Virus record (IMG/VR): IMGVR_UViG_3300018481_000040
Coordinates: 1-39,904 of that record
DNA: 39,904 bases
Strand: one strand, 5' to 3'
Source of the DNA: a virus
Lineage: Duplodnaviria; Caudoviricetes
Shown: positions 6,512 through 16,182 of the stretch, one piece after another
Layout of the letters: every line of letters starts with the position of its first letter
Position numbering within the stretch: the stretch's first letter is position 1
Position numbers and translations under genes: made by a program
The notes under the pieces: model-generated
Databases searched by the model: none
The model's input: only the letters and a program-made list of their open reading frames with translations
Told to the model about the DNA's origin: nothing

Positions 6512-8799
6512 GCCGCGTAGACCTCCATCAGCGCCGGGTGCTCGGCGTTGGCCGCCGACTGGGCGAAGAACACGACTGCGCTGGAACCGAGATGGCGGGC
6601 GAACCCCCACTTCCACGTGTACGAGGTCCCTGGGGTGAGCCCCGTCACCCGTACCGCCGTGCGAACTCGGGCATCCATCGCGTTCGTGAGCTGATGCACA
6701 GACCGGGCGGTCCCGGCGATGTCACCGGAGCCGTCACGAACGTTCCAAGATTGCCCGCTGGACGCAGCCGAGTGACACAACGCCTCTTGAACCACGCTCA
6801 CCGCACCCGACGCCGGGGCCGTGAAAGTCACCGTCAGGTTCGTCGCGTCCGCGTCGGCATAGGTCGTCGAGTTGATGGAGTAGGTGGCGAGCGACGCGGG
6901 CGCGTACCTCGTGTAGGCAAGCGGCTCGGTCAGAGCCAGCGAGCCCGTCACCGCCGGGAGAGTCAGCGTCGCGTCCGCGGCCAGCGCCGCGGCGGCCTTC
7001 ACGGTCGCCTTGTGGGAGCCGTTGTCGGTGTCCTCAGCGAAGTCCAGCGACGCCGGCCCGGAGGCGGAGGCGGCGGTGAACGGCACCGACCCGCCCCCCG
7101 GCACGGCGAGGGTGCCGTCATCCTTGAGGAACTTCGTCCCGTCCGGGGTGCCGAACAGCGCCGCCAGCTCGGCGGTCGTCATGTCGTCGATGTCGCCGGA
7201 CGCCTTGCGCCCCACGATCCGGGAAGCGGCGACCGGGAAAGCGATCGGCGTGTTGTCCGCCGTGGCCCCCAGGAGGCTGTTCGCATCGGCCGTGGACTTC
7301 GGGATCGCAGCGTCAGCCGTGGCCCCCTGCGCCGCGGTGGCAAAGGCGGCCGACGAGAGCCCGTCGAGCAGGTCAGCGTCGAGCCCGGAGCCCGCACCAT
7401 CGACCGTGAGGAGCTTCGCCAGCACATCGGCAGCCGTGTACGACGCTGAGGCGAGCTTGGCGTCCAGGGCGGCTTGCAACCCGGAGGTGTCGGCGATGGC
7501 GAGCGCCCCGTCAGGGATCGTCACCGTCCCGGTCAGCACGGCGTTGGCGAGGATCAGCGCCGCGAGGTCAGAGAGCGCCACCTTCCGGGCCGCCCCGTCG
7601 AGCCAGACGTACACGAGGTCGTCAGCGTCGGGAGCCGCAGACCCCGTGAGCGTCGACAGATCCTGTGGGACATAAGTGGAATTGCCGACCGCCAGAACGG
7701 CGGCCGTGAAGTCGGAGATCGTCGCCGCCAGCTGCGATCCGGTGTGGTTCCCACGCTGGATCGCGAACGCCTGCGCCGCCGCCGCCGAACCGGCCGCGTC
7801 GTACAGGTCCGACAGCGACACCGCACCGGTCCGCCCGTCGACCGACAGCACCGCGCCCGGACCCGTGATGTCCGTCCAGTTCGCGGCCGAGCTCGGATCG
7901 TCGGTCTTGAGGATGAAGATCCGGTCGGGGGTGAACTCGGTGCGGACGCACCAGTCGCCCCGCTGCCCGCTGAGCGCCAGCATCGCCGCTTCGGAGGCGA
8001 CGTCGCCGAGGTACTCCGACAGGGCGATCGACGGGAGCTGGTTCGAGGGGATCTTCCCGCCGCCGTCGAGGGTCGCGACACCGCCGGCCGACGCCTTCTG
8101 CGTGAGCGGGATGAGGAGCAGGTCCGCGGCGATCCGGGCCGCGGTCTCGGCGTCGAGGTCGATGTCGAGGGCCTTGGCGTCGAGCGCTGCCTGGAGGCCG
8201 ATGATCGTGGCGATGGCCTGGACGCCGGAGTGGTTGGCCCGCTGGATCGCGAACGCCTGCGCGGCGGCGGCCGCGCCGGTCAGGTCGTAGCGGTCGTCAC
8301 CGCGGTCCTCTGTGAGGTACTGCGGGTGATCGTCGTCGGCCAGGCCCTCGAGGTCGCCGTGGTCGGTGACCCCACCACCCTCACCGGTGACCTCGACGAG
8401 CGTGACGTTGAGCTCGAACACGATGTCGCCGTCGTCGACGGTGACGGGCCCGAACGTGATGTCGGTCGTGTCGGGCGCGGCGCTGCGTGACGATCGGAGC
8501 TCAGCCCGGATCCGGGGCTCGTAGTGGTCCTCGGCGACGACCTCGAAGAGCGTGAGGGTCCAGGATCCGTCGATGTGGGGGAAGGTGAGCTCGGCGACCA
8601 GGCTTGTGCCAGCGCGGGTGGTGTCGATGACGATGGGGTTGTCGATCTTCCCGGCGCGGAGGAGGTGCCACTCGAAGGTGCGGCCGGTGAGGTAGCCGGC
8701 GGGCCATGGTTCGGCGCGGAGGGTGCGGACCTGGCCTGGGAAGCCGGCGATGGTGCCGCCGGGGGGGCGGAGCTCGATGTCGTAGGTGGTCACGGTCAC
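6508..8799 (-). CDS. Tail fibre / minor tail protein (763 aa)
   Basis: Ala/Gly/Thr-rich; fibre-type motifs DHGDLEGLADDDHPQY, GVATLDGGGKIP, SVDGRTGAV, GLDADLLDG; internal repeat; start re-picked at GTG 8799. Confidence 0.8.
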   Translation of the reverse strand: MTVTTYDIELRPPGGTIAGFPGQVRTLRAEPWPAGYLTGRTFEWHLLRAGKIDNPIVIDTTRAGTSLVAELTFPHIDGSWTLTLFEVVAEDHYEPRIRAELRSSRSAAPDTTDITFGPVTVDDGDIVFELNVTLVEVTGEGGGVTDHGDLEGLADDDHPQYLTEDRGDDRYDLTGAAAAAQAFAIQRANHSGVQAIATIIGLQAALDAKALDIDLDAETAARIAADLLLIPLTQKASAGGVATLDGGGKIPSNQLPSIALSEYLGDVASEAAMLALSGQRGDWCVRTEFTPDRIFILKTDDPSSAANWTDITGPGAVLSVDGRTGAVSLSDLYDAAGSAAAAQAFAIQRGNHTGSQLAATISDFTAAVLAVGNSTYVPQDLSTLTGSAAPDADDLVYVWLDGAARKVALSDLAALILANAVLTGTVTIPDGALAIADTSGLQAALDAKLASASYTAADVLAKLLTVDGAGSGLDADLLDGLSSAAFATAAQGATADAAIPKSTADANSLLGATADNTPIAFPVAASRIVGRKASGDIDDMTTAELAALFGTPDGTKFLKDDGTLAVPGGGSVPFTAASASGPASLDFAEDTDNGSHKATVKAAAALAADATLTLPAVTGSLALTEPLAYTRYAPASLATYSINSTTYADADATNLTVTFTAPASGAVSVVQEALCHSAASSGQSWNVRDGSGDIAGTARSVHQLTNAMDARVRTAVRVTGLTPGTSYTWKWGFARHLGSSAVVFFAQSAANAEHPALMEVYAA

Positions 8800-9119
8800 G
8801 GCTTCTTCTTCACCGCCTTGCGGACTCGGGGTGCGGGCTTGGGGGTGAGGCTGGCGACGTCGGCGAGGGCCTCGTGGCGGGCGGCCTGAGCGGCAGTGGC
8901 GACCTGATCCTGCGCGCCGGCCTTGGACGTGGAGAACGTGCGCTGCAGGTAGATCAGGATCGCGGCAACGGCCGCCTTCTCGAGGTCGGTGTCCACCAGC
9001 TGCGGCATCCACGCAGCGATCGACGCTCCGATGGCGCCGAAGAGGAGGACCGGCTCGCGGATGGCCCGCTGACCGAGAGCGGTGAGGAAGCGGCCGATGG
9101 CCTGGAGGGCGTTCTTCAT
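8796..9119 (-). CDS. Holin-like membrane protein
   Basis: IREPVLLFGAIGASIAAW...AAVAAILIYLQR: 2 TM segments and a basic C-terminus; in the lysis cassette. Confidence 0.7.
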   Translation of the reverse strand: MKNALQAIGRFLTALGQRAIREPVLLFGAIGASIAAWMPQLVDTDLEKAAVAAILIYLQRTFSTSKAGAQDQVATAAQAARHEALADVASLTPKPAPRVRKAVKKKP

Positions 9120-9472
9120 GGGTGGACCTCTCCTGGGTTGAGCCCGAGCTCCGTGCATGCCGCGATGCGGACCGGGTCTTCCGACGCGCACAGCAGGACG
9201 AAGATCCGGTTGACCACTTGCTCGGTGTTGTCATCGGGTGGGGCTTGCTGTAGGTCGTGGACGAAGTCGACGAGCTCGTCGACACCGGCCTGGTTCCGTT
9301 CGATCGCTTCGAGGGTGGCGCGGTTGTCGCCGGCGACCTGGTCGAGCCGGTCGAGGGCGTCGTTGGTGATGAGAGCGCTGACACCGAGGGTGCCGAGCGC
9401 GACGGCGGCGACCAGCGCGGCGATCGATGCGATGTAGGCGGGGCGCTGCCACCACTTGAGATGTCCGTTCAC
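9116..9472 (-). CDS. Membrane-anchored lysis-cassette protein
   Basis: One N-terminal TM helix, coiled coil, two C-terminal Cys. Confidence 0.65.
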   Translation of the reverse strand: MNGHLKWWQRPAYIASIAALVAAVALGTLGVSALITNDALDRLDQVAGDNRATLEAIERNQAGVDELVDFVHDLQQAPPDDNTEQVVNRIFVLLCASEDPVRIAACTELGLNPGEVHP

Positions 9473-9478
9473 CGGGGT

Positions 9479-9853
9479 TCAGCCTCCGAGCTCGTGGATC
9501 CGGGCCTCAGCGATCCGGAGTCGCTCCGCGATCCGATCGAGTTGCTCCTCGCATCCGCGGTGGTTGACGGTCATGACGCCGAGCTGGCCGACGAGCCGGT
9601 TGACGGTGTCGTGGAGTTCGCCTTGCCGCTTCCGGAGCCCCTCGTTGTCCTTGGCGAGGTTCTCCATCGCGACCTGCTGGAGGTCGAACGCCTGTTGGAT
9701 CTCGTCCTTGGTGGCCGACTGCTGAGAGATCCGCGCGAGCTCGAGCGCTTGCCGCTTCTCGTTGCGGCGCTGCTGGATCAGTGCCCACGCGGCGAGAACG
9801 GCGGCTAGCGCGGTGAGCAGCCCGCCGGCGGCCACCAGGACGGCCTGGAGCAT
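9479..9853 (-). CDS. Membrane protein with coiled coil (holin-like/lysis accessory)
   Basis: N-terminal TM then heptad-rich region; immediately after the endolysin. Confidence 0.7.
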   Translation of the reverse strand: MLQAVLVAAGGLLTALAAVLAAWALIQQRRNEKRQALELARISQQSATKDEIQQAFDLQQVAMENLAKDNEGLRKRQGELHDTVNRLVGQLGVMTVNHRGCEEQLDRIAERLRIAEARIHELGG

Positions 9854-9865
9854 CGCCCGCGGTCG

Positions 9866-10585
9866 CTATCCGCCGGTCTGGGCGAAGGGGCCGCCGTGGA
9901 CCGGGATCTTCGTGCCGTGCCAGATCTTGGCGTCGCCCACCTTGGGGTCTTCATCGAGACCGATGTAGCGCCACAGGTCGTACTCGGCCCCGTCGAGGTG
10001 CCATGCCTCGACGTCGAAGACGTTGCCGCTCTTGTCGGTGGCGGAGAGGACCCGGTACTTGGCGGCGATGTCCTTCTGGTCGCCAGGAGCGGTGGGTTCG
10101 CCCTTGATGGTGGCGATGCGGAGCATGACGTCCTCCTGGTGCGGTGCGGGCTTGACGGTGGGCCACCACGGCGACAGGTCGTTGCGGGCCTCGGGGGTGT
10201 TCCACACCGAGATGTGGCGGTGGTGGTCGTGCGCGTTCGGGCCGGTGTACGGCTGGGGCGTCCACGCCGGGACACCGCGGGAGTCGTACGCCTTCCACGT
10301 CGTTCGGTTGCCGATGATCTGCTTCACGCGGTCGTCGCGGGTGGCGACGAGATGAGCGATCAGCAGGTCGACGCCGAGCTCCTCGGAGTCGTTGTCGTCG
10401 TCGATGTCCCCGGCGCAGACCCAACCGTCCGCGGGGTTGTGGTCGCTCGTGCGGGCCGCATGCTCGGCGTTGCCGATCGTCCCGTCGGCCGCGTGGGAAC
10501 GCGATGGCTTGCGCGCGTCCGCTTCCTTGAAGAGCAGGCCCAGACAGGGCGCGAGGCGCCAGCCGCGTCCAGAGGTTGCAACCAT
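9866..10585 (-). CDS. Endolysin, Zn-peptidase (M15-like) type
   Basis: DGTIGNAEH..RTSDHNP...AGDID...YTGPNAHDHHRHIS motifs typical of actinophage peptidase endolysins; RBS GGAGG. Confidence 0.82.
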   Translation of the reverse strand: MVATSGRGWRLAPCLGLLFKEADARKPSRSHAADGTIGNAEHAARTSDHNPADGWVCAGDIDDDNDSEELGVDLLIAHLVATRDDRVKQIIGNRTTWKAYDSRGVPAWTPQPYTGPNAHDHHRHISVWNTPEARNDLSPWWPTVKPAPHQEDVMLRIATIKGEPTAPGDQKDIAAKYRVLSATDKSGNVFDVEAWHLDGAEYDLWRYIGLDEDPKVGDAKIWHGTKIPVHGGPFAQTGG

Positions 10586-10599
10586 GAGCACCTCCGAGG

Positions 10600-11403
10600 T
10601 CAGAGTCCGTAGTGGCTGATGGCCCAGTTCTCGCGTTCGACGCGTTGGGCGTCGGTGAGGATGCCGGTCCAGACCTTGCCGTAGGCCACGGAGCACTCGC
10701 CGGAGAACGTCACCTGGAAGATCGACCCGAACTCGGTCGCCATGGCGGTGGGTTGCTCGATGTTGAGGTCGAGTTCGACGCCGTCGACCCACATGTGGGA
10801 GTCGGTCCCGTTGTAGATGGCCGAGAACACGTGGGGGTCGAGGTCGTGGGCGACGACGCTGAACCCGCCGTCCGTGCTGGTGTCGTTCGTGTCGATCGCC
10901 CACGGCTCTCCTCCCGATACGGGACGAACGCCCAACCTCAACGACCCCACCAACGGCTCGGACTCGCCCGAGATGTAGGACGTGAGGTTGGCGACGAGCA
11001 CGACGCTGTACGGGTACGTGCCGACGGGGGTCTGATCGACGTAGGTGGCGCGGATGAAGTCGTCGGTGTTGGCCGTCGAGAACGTGGCGCACGGCAGACC
11101 GTTGAACCCCGTCGCGAACCATCGGGGCTCAGCGTTCTGGCCGGTGGCAACGAAGGACTCGGCCGGCGGACCACCCGGGACTTGGTTGTCCCAAGTGAAG
11201 AACCGGTCGCCATCCACGAACGTCTCAGACGGGTTCGGGCCTTCCGCCCACCACTCACCCAGAGCAACCGCAGGGAACGCCGGCGCCGTCGACGGCCTCA
11301 CGTCGGGCTCGGCGAGGACCGCCGGCGGACGAGCGAGCCGGGACGTGCCCCCGGCGAACCCCCCCAGGTTCCGGACCCCTCGAGCCCAACGGGTGTAGCT
11401 CAC
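10600..11403 (-). CDS. Minor tail protein, lectin/LamG-like fold (candidate receptor-binding protein)
   Basis: WWAE...TWDNQ...FNGLPCATF...HVFSAIYNGTDSHMWVDG...LTDAQRVERENWAISHYG; GTGA-coupled. Confidence 0.7.
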   Translation of the reverse strand: MSYTRWARGVRNLGGFAGGTSRLARPPAVLAEPDVRPSTAPAFPAVALGEWWAEGPNPSETFVDGDRFFTWDNQVPGGPPAESFVATGQNAEPRWFATGFNGLPCATFSTANTDDFIRATYVDQTPVGTYPYSVVLVANLTSYISGESEPLVGSLRLGVRPVSGGEPWAIDTNDTSTDGGFSVVAHDLDPHVFSAIYNGTDSHMWVDGVELDLNIEQPTAMATEFGSIFQVTFSGECSVAYGKVWTGILTDAQRVERENWAISHYGL

Positions 11404-11861
11404 GTGGACGGCTTGACGTTCGGCTGCGGCACCGTGGCCACCGGCCGAGCGAGGTGCGACGTGCCCCCGTTGAGTCCACCGAGGTTGCGGAACGTCCGGT
11501 CGATCCGGAGCTCCGGGTCGTCGAGCACCGTGCCGAACTGGGGGATGTCGGTCCACTGGCCGGTGGCGTCGTTGAAGGTCGACGCCATGGCTGCGAGCTC
11601 CCGCCAGGCGCCATCGACGTGGAGCTCGTCGCCCTCGATGTAGTCGACCAGCGGCACGGGGTCGTCGGCGTCAGGGTCGATGCCGACGGTGATCTCGGTC
11701 TGCCCCTCGCCGTAGGTGGCGAGCTCGGCGGTGGCCTTTCGGACGATCTCCGGTCCGTCGCCGGAGTGGCCCTGCGAGATTTCGATACGGAGGTCGGGGT
11801 CGTTGATGTCGACCCACGACCAGCCGCGCTGCCAGCGGACGAGGATCGCGGTGGTCCTCAC
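11400..11861 (-). CDS. Minor tail protein (resembles the C-terminal part of a tail hub protein)
   Basis: VPLVDYIEGDELHV motif; position in the tail tip module. Confidence 0.65.
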   Translation of the reverse strand: MRTTAILVRWQRGWSWVDINDPDLRIEISQGHSGDGPEIVRKATAELATYGEGQTEITVGIDPDADDPVPLVDYIEGDELHVDGAWRELAAMASTFNDATGQWTDIPQFGTVLDDPELRIDRTFRNLGGLNGGTSHLARPVATVPQPNVKPST

Positions 11862-13135
11862 GTGATCTTCCGGTCGAGGTGGATGAGCTGCCCGGTTGTC
11901 GGGTCGTCCACGGGTGCCGGTTCGAGTTCGACGTCACCGGGCCGGGTGGAGTAGCCGGGGGCGAACACGTCGAGGTGGACGCCGTCGGGCCGCCACCGCC
12001 ATCGTGCGATGCGGCCGGAGGCGACGAGCTCGTCGAGGAACTGGAGGATGGTGGTGGTGCCGGTCTTGGTGGTGACGCCGAGCTCTCGGTCCCAGGGGTC
12101 GCCGTTGGAGTCGTCGTCCTTGTCGAAGGTCGGGACGCACCAGGTGATGGCGCCGCGGGCTTGGGCTTCGTCGATGAGCTGGGTGAGGTCGTCGCCGATG
12201 GTCATGCCGGGGAACGGGTCCTCGCCGACGTAGAGCACCTTCGTGTTGTCGTCGGAGATCCACGAGTCGCCGTCGGCGAGGGGGTGGTCTTGGAGGTCGG
12301 CCTTGTAGAGGTTGTACGCGAGGGCGGAGGGGCCGAGCCCTAGCCCGGGGTTTTCGGGGTCCTCGACGTTGAGCACTGCCCAGCAGAACCGGTGGGTGCC
12401 GGCGGAGAGCTCGAGGCGCTTGAAGCTGGCTCGAACGAATCCGTCCTCGACGCGGACGTCGAGCTGCTCGATCCCGTCGACCCAGAACATGCCCTTGTCG
12501 TCCATCAGGTTCTCGATGGCGTACCGGCCGGGGGTGGTGATGGTGATGTCGCGGTAGAAGAGCCGCCAGAACGCGTCGGCGTAGGTGTCGTCGCCTGACG
12601 CGTCGCAGATCATCATGGCGCCGGTGGTGAGGTCGAAGTCGGCGGCCATCGGCTGGTGGGGCCAGCCGCCGGCTTCGGCGGCGGCGACCGTCATGATCTC
12701 GGTCGAGTCGTCCCAGGCGTCGTCGGCGGGGTCGTAGCGGGGCGAACGCCAGTCCCACACCGAGTCGTCTTCGACCGGCCTGTGCCCGTCACCGAGAGCG
12801 GGGGCGATGACAGCCCATTCGGCGAAGGCGCCGACGAGGCGACCGGAGTAGAGGGCGATCTGGCGGGCTCCGCCCTGTTCGTCGAGCGTGTGCTCGTCGA
12901 TCATCTCGACCAGGCCCGCGGCCACGGTGGTCCCGTCGCGGCGAATCGCGATGACGTCGTTCACCTGGATGAGTGCATGCGCCGGGTCGTCGAGAGTGAT
13001 GGCCACGCCGAAGGTGCCGGGGCCGTTCTTCTGTGGCCGGATCGTGACCATGTGGGTGGTGACGGGCGTGGCGACCGCGTCGAAGTCCGGCGGGCGGTAG
13101 GCGACGACGAACGCCCCGGAGGACGGGATGCTCAC
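11858..13135 (-). CDS. Minor tail protein (hub/Tal-like)
   Basis: Second gene after the tape measure; start GTG 13135; beta-rich. Confidence 0.7.
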   Translation of the reverse strand: MSIPSSGAFVVAYRPPDFDAVATPVTTHMVTIRPQKNGPGTFGVAITLDDPAHALIQVNDVIAIRRDGTTVAAGLVEMIDEHTLDEQGGARQIALYSGRLVGAFAEWAVIAPALGDGHRPVEDDSVWDWRSPRYDPADDAWDDSTEIMTVAAAEAGGWPHQPMAADFDLTTGAMMICDASGDDTYADAFWRLFYRDITITTPGRYAIENLMDDKGMFWVDGIEQLDVRVEDGFVRASFKRLELSAGTHRFCWAVLNVEDPENPGLGLGPSALAYNLYKADLQDHPLADGDSWISDDNTKVLYVGEDPFPGMTIGDDLTQLIDEAQARGAITWCVPTFDKDDDSNGDPWDRELGVTTKTGTTTILQFLDELVASGRIARWRWRPDGVHLDVFAPGYSTRPGDVELEPAPVDDPTTGQLIHLDRKIT

Positions 13136-13626
13136 GAACCGGTCTCCTCGAGCTCGCCGTCGGGGATCGACAGGTCGAGCCGCACCATCGCGTCGCCGCC
13201 GTCCAGGTCGAGGGTGACCCAGTCGTTGAGGCCGAGGACGGTGACGGGCCCGACCCAGTCGGGGAGTGAGCCGCCGCGGTGGAAGACCGCCTCGACGGTC
13301 CCGCGGTCGGCGTCTTCCGCTTCGTCGGCGATGCCGAGCCCGTGACGCAGGTAGTCGCGGTGCTCGAGCATCCCCTCGCCGGGGTCGGCGATCGGTTCGC
13401 CGTCCTGGTCGAACGCGCCGATGATGAGGAGCGGGACGGAGACGACGGTGACGGTGACGATGCGCGGGTAGGGGCGGACCCCGCGGGCGCCGTGCATGAT
13501 GAGGTCTTCGCCGCGGAGCGCCGGCGAGGCGAGCAGCACGTCGTAGCCGCCTTCGACGACCCGCCAGGCGTGGGTGTCGAGCGGGATGTCGTTGACGTCG
13601 AGCCAGCGCGGGGCAGTGACGGTCAT
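13132..13626 (-). CDS. Distal tail (Dit)-like minor tail protein
   Basis: Directly after the tape measure; SPALRGEDLIMHGARG motif; ATGA overlap. Confidence 0.72.
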   Translation of the reverse strand: MTVTAPRWLDVNDIPLDTHAWRVVEGGYDVLLASPALRGEDLIMHGARGVRPYPRIVTVTVVSVPLLIIGAFDQDGEPIADPGEGMLEHRDYLRHGLGIADEAEDADRGTVEAVFHRGGSLPDWVGPVTVLGLNDWVTLDLDGGDAMVRLDLSIPDGELEETGS

Positions 13627-15524
13627 CGGGACGCCACCTGCAGCTGGGTGGTCTGGTGCCAGCGGAGGGCGCGCATCCCGGCGCCGATCTGGTCCTCGCC
13701 GGGGTGCTGCGTGACGTGGAGGTGCACCGGGGCCGCGTCGGGCGCCCCGCCCCGCCACGTGGCGACGTCAGGGACCCGCGGGTAGATGGTGCCGCTCCGG
13801 TCCGGGACGAACAGCTCCGGGCGGCGCTCACCGACGACATAGGGCACCCCGGCAAGCGCCCGGCCACCGGTCGCTAGCCCCTCGAAGCCGAGCGGGACGT
13901 CGTACTCACCGAGCGGGCCAAGATCGAGAGTGCTGTTCCGGACGTTGAACGCATCGCCGAAGCCTTCGACGATGCCCTGGATGATCCCGGCGCCGAGATC
14001 CTTGCCTCCCTGGATGAACGCTGGGACACCATCGTCCTTCACCCACGTGGCGAAGTCCTCGAGCAGCGACCAGAACGCGCCGTCCTTGCTGTTGAACAGA
14101 CCGGGGATCACATCGTCGGTGACCCAGTCGACCAGGGCCGGGATCAGCACCGCGACGCCGTCGCCGAGCAGCCCAAGCCCGGGGTCAAGGAGCCATGCCG
14201 CTATGTCACCGAGGAGACCGCCCAGCTCGCCGAGCACGACAGGGATCTGCGGACCGACCCATCCGACGAGCTGCTCCCCGAGCGCGAGGGCCTTCTCGCC
14301 GAGGATCGGAGCCTGGGTCTCGATCCCAGTCGCGACGCGATCGACGATCCCGCCTAGCCCTTCTTCATCGAAGACGCTGACAAGCCCCTCGACGCCGGGG
14401 ATCACGGTGCCACCGATGAAGTCCGTGAGCCCCTGGAGCGCGGAGCGCTTGAACGACTCGATCTTCGAGGCCGTGTTGGTGTTGAGGGTGTCGCCGAGGC
14501 GTTCGGCGGCGCCCGTGACGTTTCCGAGCCGCGCGACGGCCTCGGAGGGGTCGAGCGCGAAGAGCGCGTCGCCGAGATCCTCGGCCTGGGTGCCGAAGAG
14601 CGCGACGGCCGCCTGCGAGCGCTTGACCGGATCCTCGATGCCCCGGAGCCGGTCAAGGGTGAGGTCGAGCGCCTTGTTGGCCTTCGGGCCACCGGCGGCG
14701 ATGTCGGCGGACATCTTCTTCGCGTTGAGCCCTACGGACTTGAAGCCCTCAGCGGTGAGCTCGGAGCCGTCGACGGCCCGGATCGAGAACTCCTTGAGGG
14801 CGTCGGCGACGATGTCGGAGTCCCGGGCACCGGCGCGCAGTCCCTGGGTGATGAGACCGGTGGCGCCGGCTCCATCGATGCCGAGCTTGCGGAACTGGGT
14901 GCCGTACTCGTTGAGGGTGTCGATGAAGTCGTCGCTCTTGTTGGCGCCCTCTTGGAAGCCACGGGTGATGATGTCGAACGCCTCGTCAGCGTCCTTCGCG
15001 AGGCCGTTGCGGATCAGCTGGCCGGCGGCCTTGGCCGGTGCGCCGACGTCCTGGTCGAAGGCGGTGCCGAGGTCGAGGGCCTTGGCGGTCAGCGCCTCGA
15101 GGGATCCGCTGTCGATGTCCTCGGTGACCGCGCCGGACTGCAGCACGGAGCGGAGCGCGTCGTTGACGGTGCCGAGCGAGTCGCCGTAGGCGTCCGCGTA
15201 CAGCGACCCCGAGATCTTCCCGAGCTCCTTGGCCCGCTCGGGTGGGATCCCGAGCTGGGCGGCGAACTTGTCGTTCGCCACCTCGTTGTCGAGCGCCTGG
15301 CTGAATCCCTTGGCGAGGACCGCCGCGATGACCACACCGGCCGCCGCGGCGCCAGCCTTCGCCTTCCCCGAGAACCCCGACAAGAACGACGAGCCCGCTC
15401 CCTCGCCGGCGTCCGAGCTCGCCTTCCCCAGCGGACCGGACAGCCCCAATCGGAGCCGGGAGTCGATCCCCTTCATCGACGGGATGATCGAGATGGTGGC
15501 GAAGCCGACGTTGGGGTTGCTCAT
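13623..15524 (-). CDS. Tape measure protein (633 aa)
   Basis: NVGFATISIIPSMKG N-terminus, DDFIDTLNEYGTQFRKLG, VADALKEFSIRAVDGS, ALFGTQAEDLG, C-terminal ATGG...VGERRPELFVP. Confidence 0.95.
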   Translation of the reverse strand: MSNPNVGFATISIIPSMKGIDSRLRLGLSGPLGKASSDAGEGAGSSFLSGFSGKAKAGAAAAGVVIAAVLAKGFSQALDNEVANDKFAAQLGIPPERAKELGKISGSLYADAYGDSLGTVNDALRSVLQSGAVTEDIDSGSLEALTAKALDLGTAFDQDVGAPAKAAGQLIRNGLAKDADEAFDIITRGFQEGANKSDDFIDTLNEYGTQFRKLGIDGAGATGLITQGLRAGARDSDIVADALKEFSIRAVDGSELTAEGFKSVGLNAKKMSADIAAGGPKANKALDLTLDRLRGIEDPVKRSQAAVALFGTQAEDLGDALFALDPSEAVARLGNVTGAAERLGDTLNTNTASKIESFKRSALQGLTDFIGGTVIPGVEGLVSVFDEEGLGGIVDRVATGIETQAPILGEKALALGEQLVGWVGPQIPVVLGELGGLLGDIAAWLLDPGLGLLGDGVAVLIPALVDWVTDDVIPGLFNSKDGAFWSLLEDFATWVKDDGVPAFIQGGKDLGAGIIQGIVEGFGDAFNVRNSTLDLGPLGEYDVPLGFEGLATGGRALAGVPYVVGERRPELFVPDRSGTIYPRVPDVATWRGGAPDAAPVHLHVTQHPGEDQIGAGMRALRWHQTTQLQVASR

Positions 15525-16182
15525 CGATCACCGCCCTTCTCCTTGAGGCGACGGAGTCGTGCCTGTCGTCGCTTCTGGCCGGCCTCGAGGCGGCGCTTGT
15601 TCAGCACCTTCGGCTTGCCCCGGGGGCGCAGCGGATGGGGCTTGGCCGGCCTCTTCTTCGAGTGGGTGAGCGCCATGTGGATGTCGTCGAGCAGGTGGTG
15701 CTCGAGCCGCCATGCCGGCTTTCCCCTGCGGTCGATGGCGTCGACGGCTGACTCAACGGGCAGGGCAGCGACGAGGTTCCTGATGCGCCGAAGCGACAGA
15801 CGTCCGCGCCAGCGGTCGCAGTAGTCGACGCCGTAGTACCGCTGGAGATCGGCCTCCACCGCTCCTTCGTGGTCGCGAAGGAGCAGGAGGAGGCCGGCTA
15901 TTCCCCCGCGCTCTTGAAGCCGTAGGCGAGGCCGATGGCGTCGAGGAGAGACGGGAGGTCGGCGACCTTGGGGCGTCGACCGTGAACGCGCTCGAAGTCG
16001 GCCTGGAGCTTCGCCCAGCCGGCGCCGACGATGCCGCGCACGGCGGCGGCGGATCGGCCGGTCTCCAGCTGGATGAGCACGTCGAGGTCGACGTCGTCGA
16101 GCGGTGGAAGCGCGACGGTGACGTCGAGCCACTCGAAAGTGATCGGTGCACCGGTGGTCTCGTCTTCTGCGGGTGTGGTCAT
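15521..16182 (-). CDS. Tail assembly chaperone, long form via -1 frameshift
   Basis: Shift at GGGGGAA into GIAGLLLLLRDHEGAVEADLQRYYGVD...; its stop overlaps the TMP start. Confidence 0.85.
15898..16182 (-). CDS. Tail assembly chaperone, short form
   Basis: Between the major tail and TMP genes; RBS AAGGAG; ends ...KSAGE*. Confidence 0.88.
   Translation of the reverse strand: MTTPAEDETTGAPITFEWLDVTVALPPLDDVDLDVLIQLETGRSAAAVRGIVGAGWAKLQADFERVHGRRPKVADLPSLLDAIGLAYGFKSAGE
15901..15907 (-). other. Programmed -1 frameshift slippery site GGGGGAA
   Basis: GCG GGG GAA TAG at the end of the chaperone ORF; canonical for siphovirus G/GT genes. Confidence 0.88.

Noticed and set aside
6508-11489. Diversity-generating retroelement acting on tail genes
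   Set aside because: No reverse transcriptase, and the duplicated segments do not differ specifically at adenines.
15898-15907. Tail chaperone frameshift as a novelty
   Set aside because: Canonical, well-described siphovirus feature; listed under features only.
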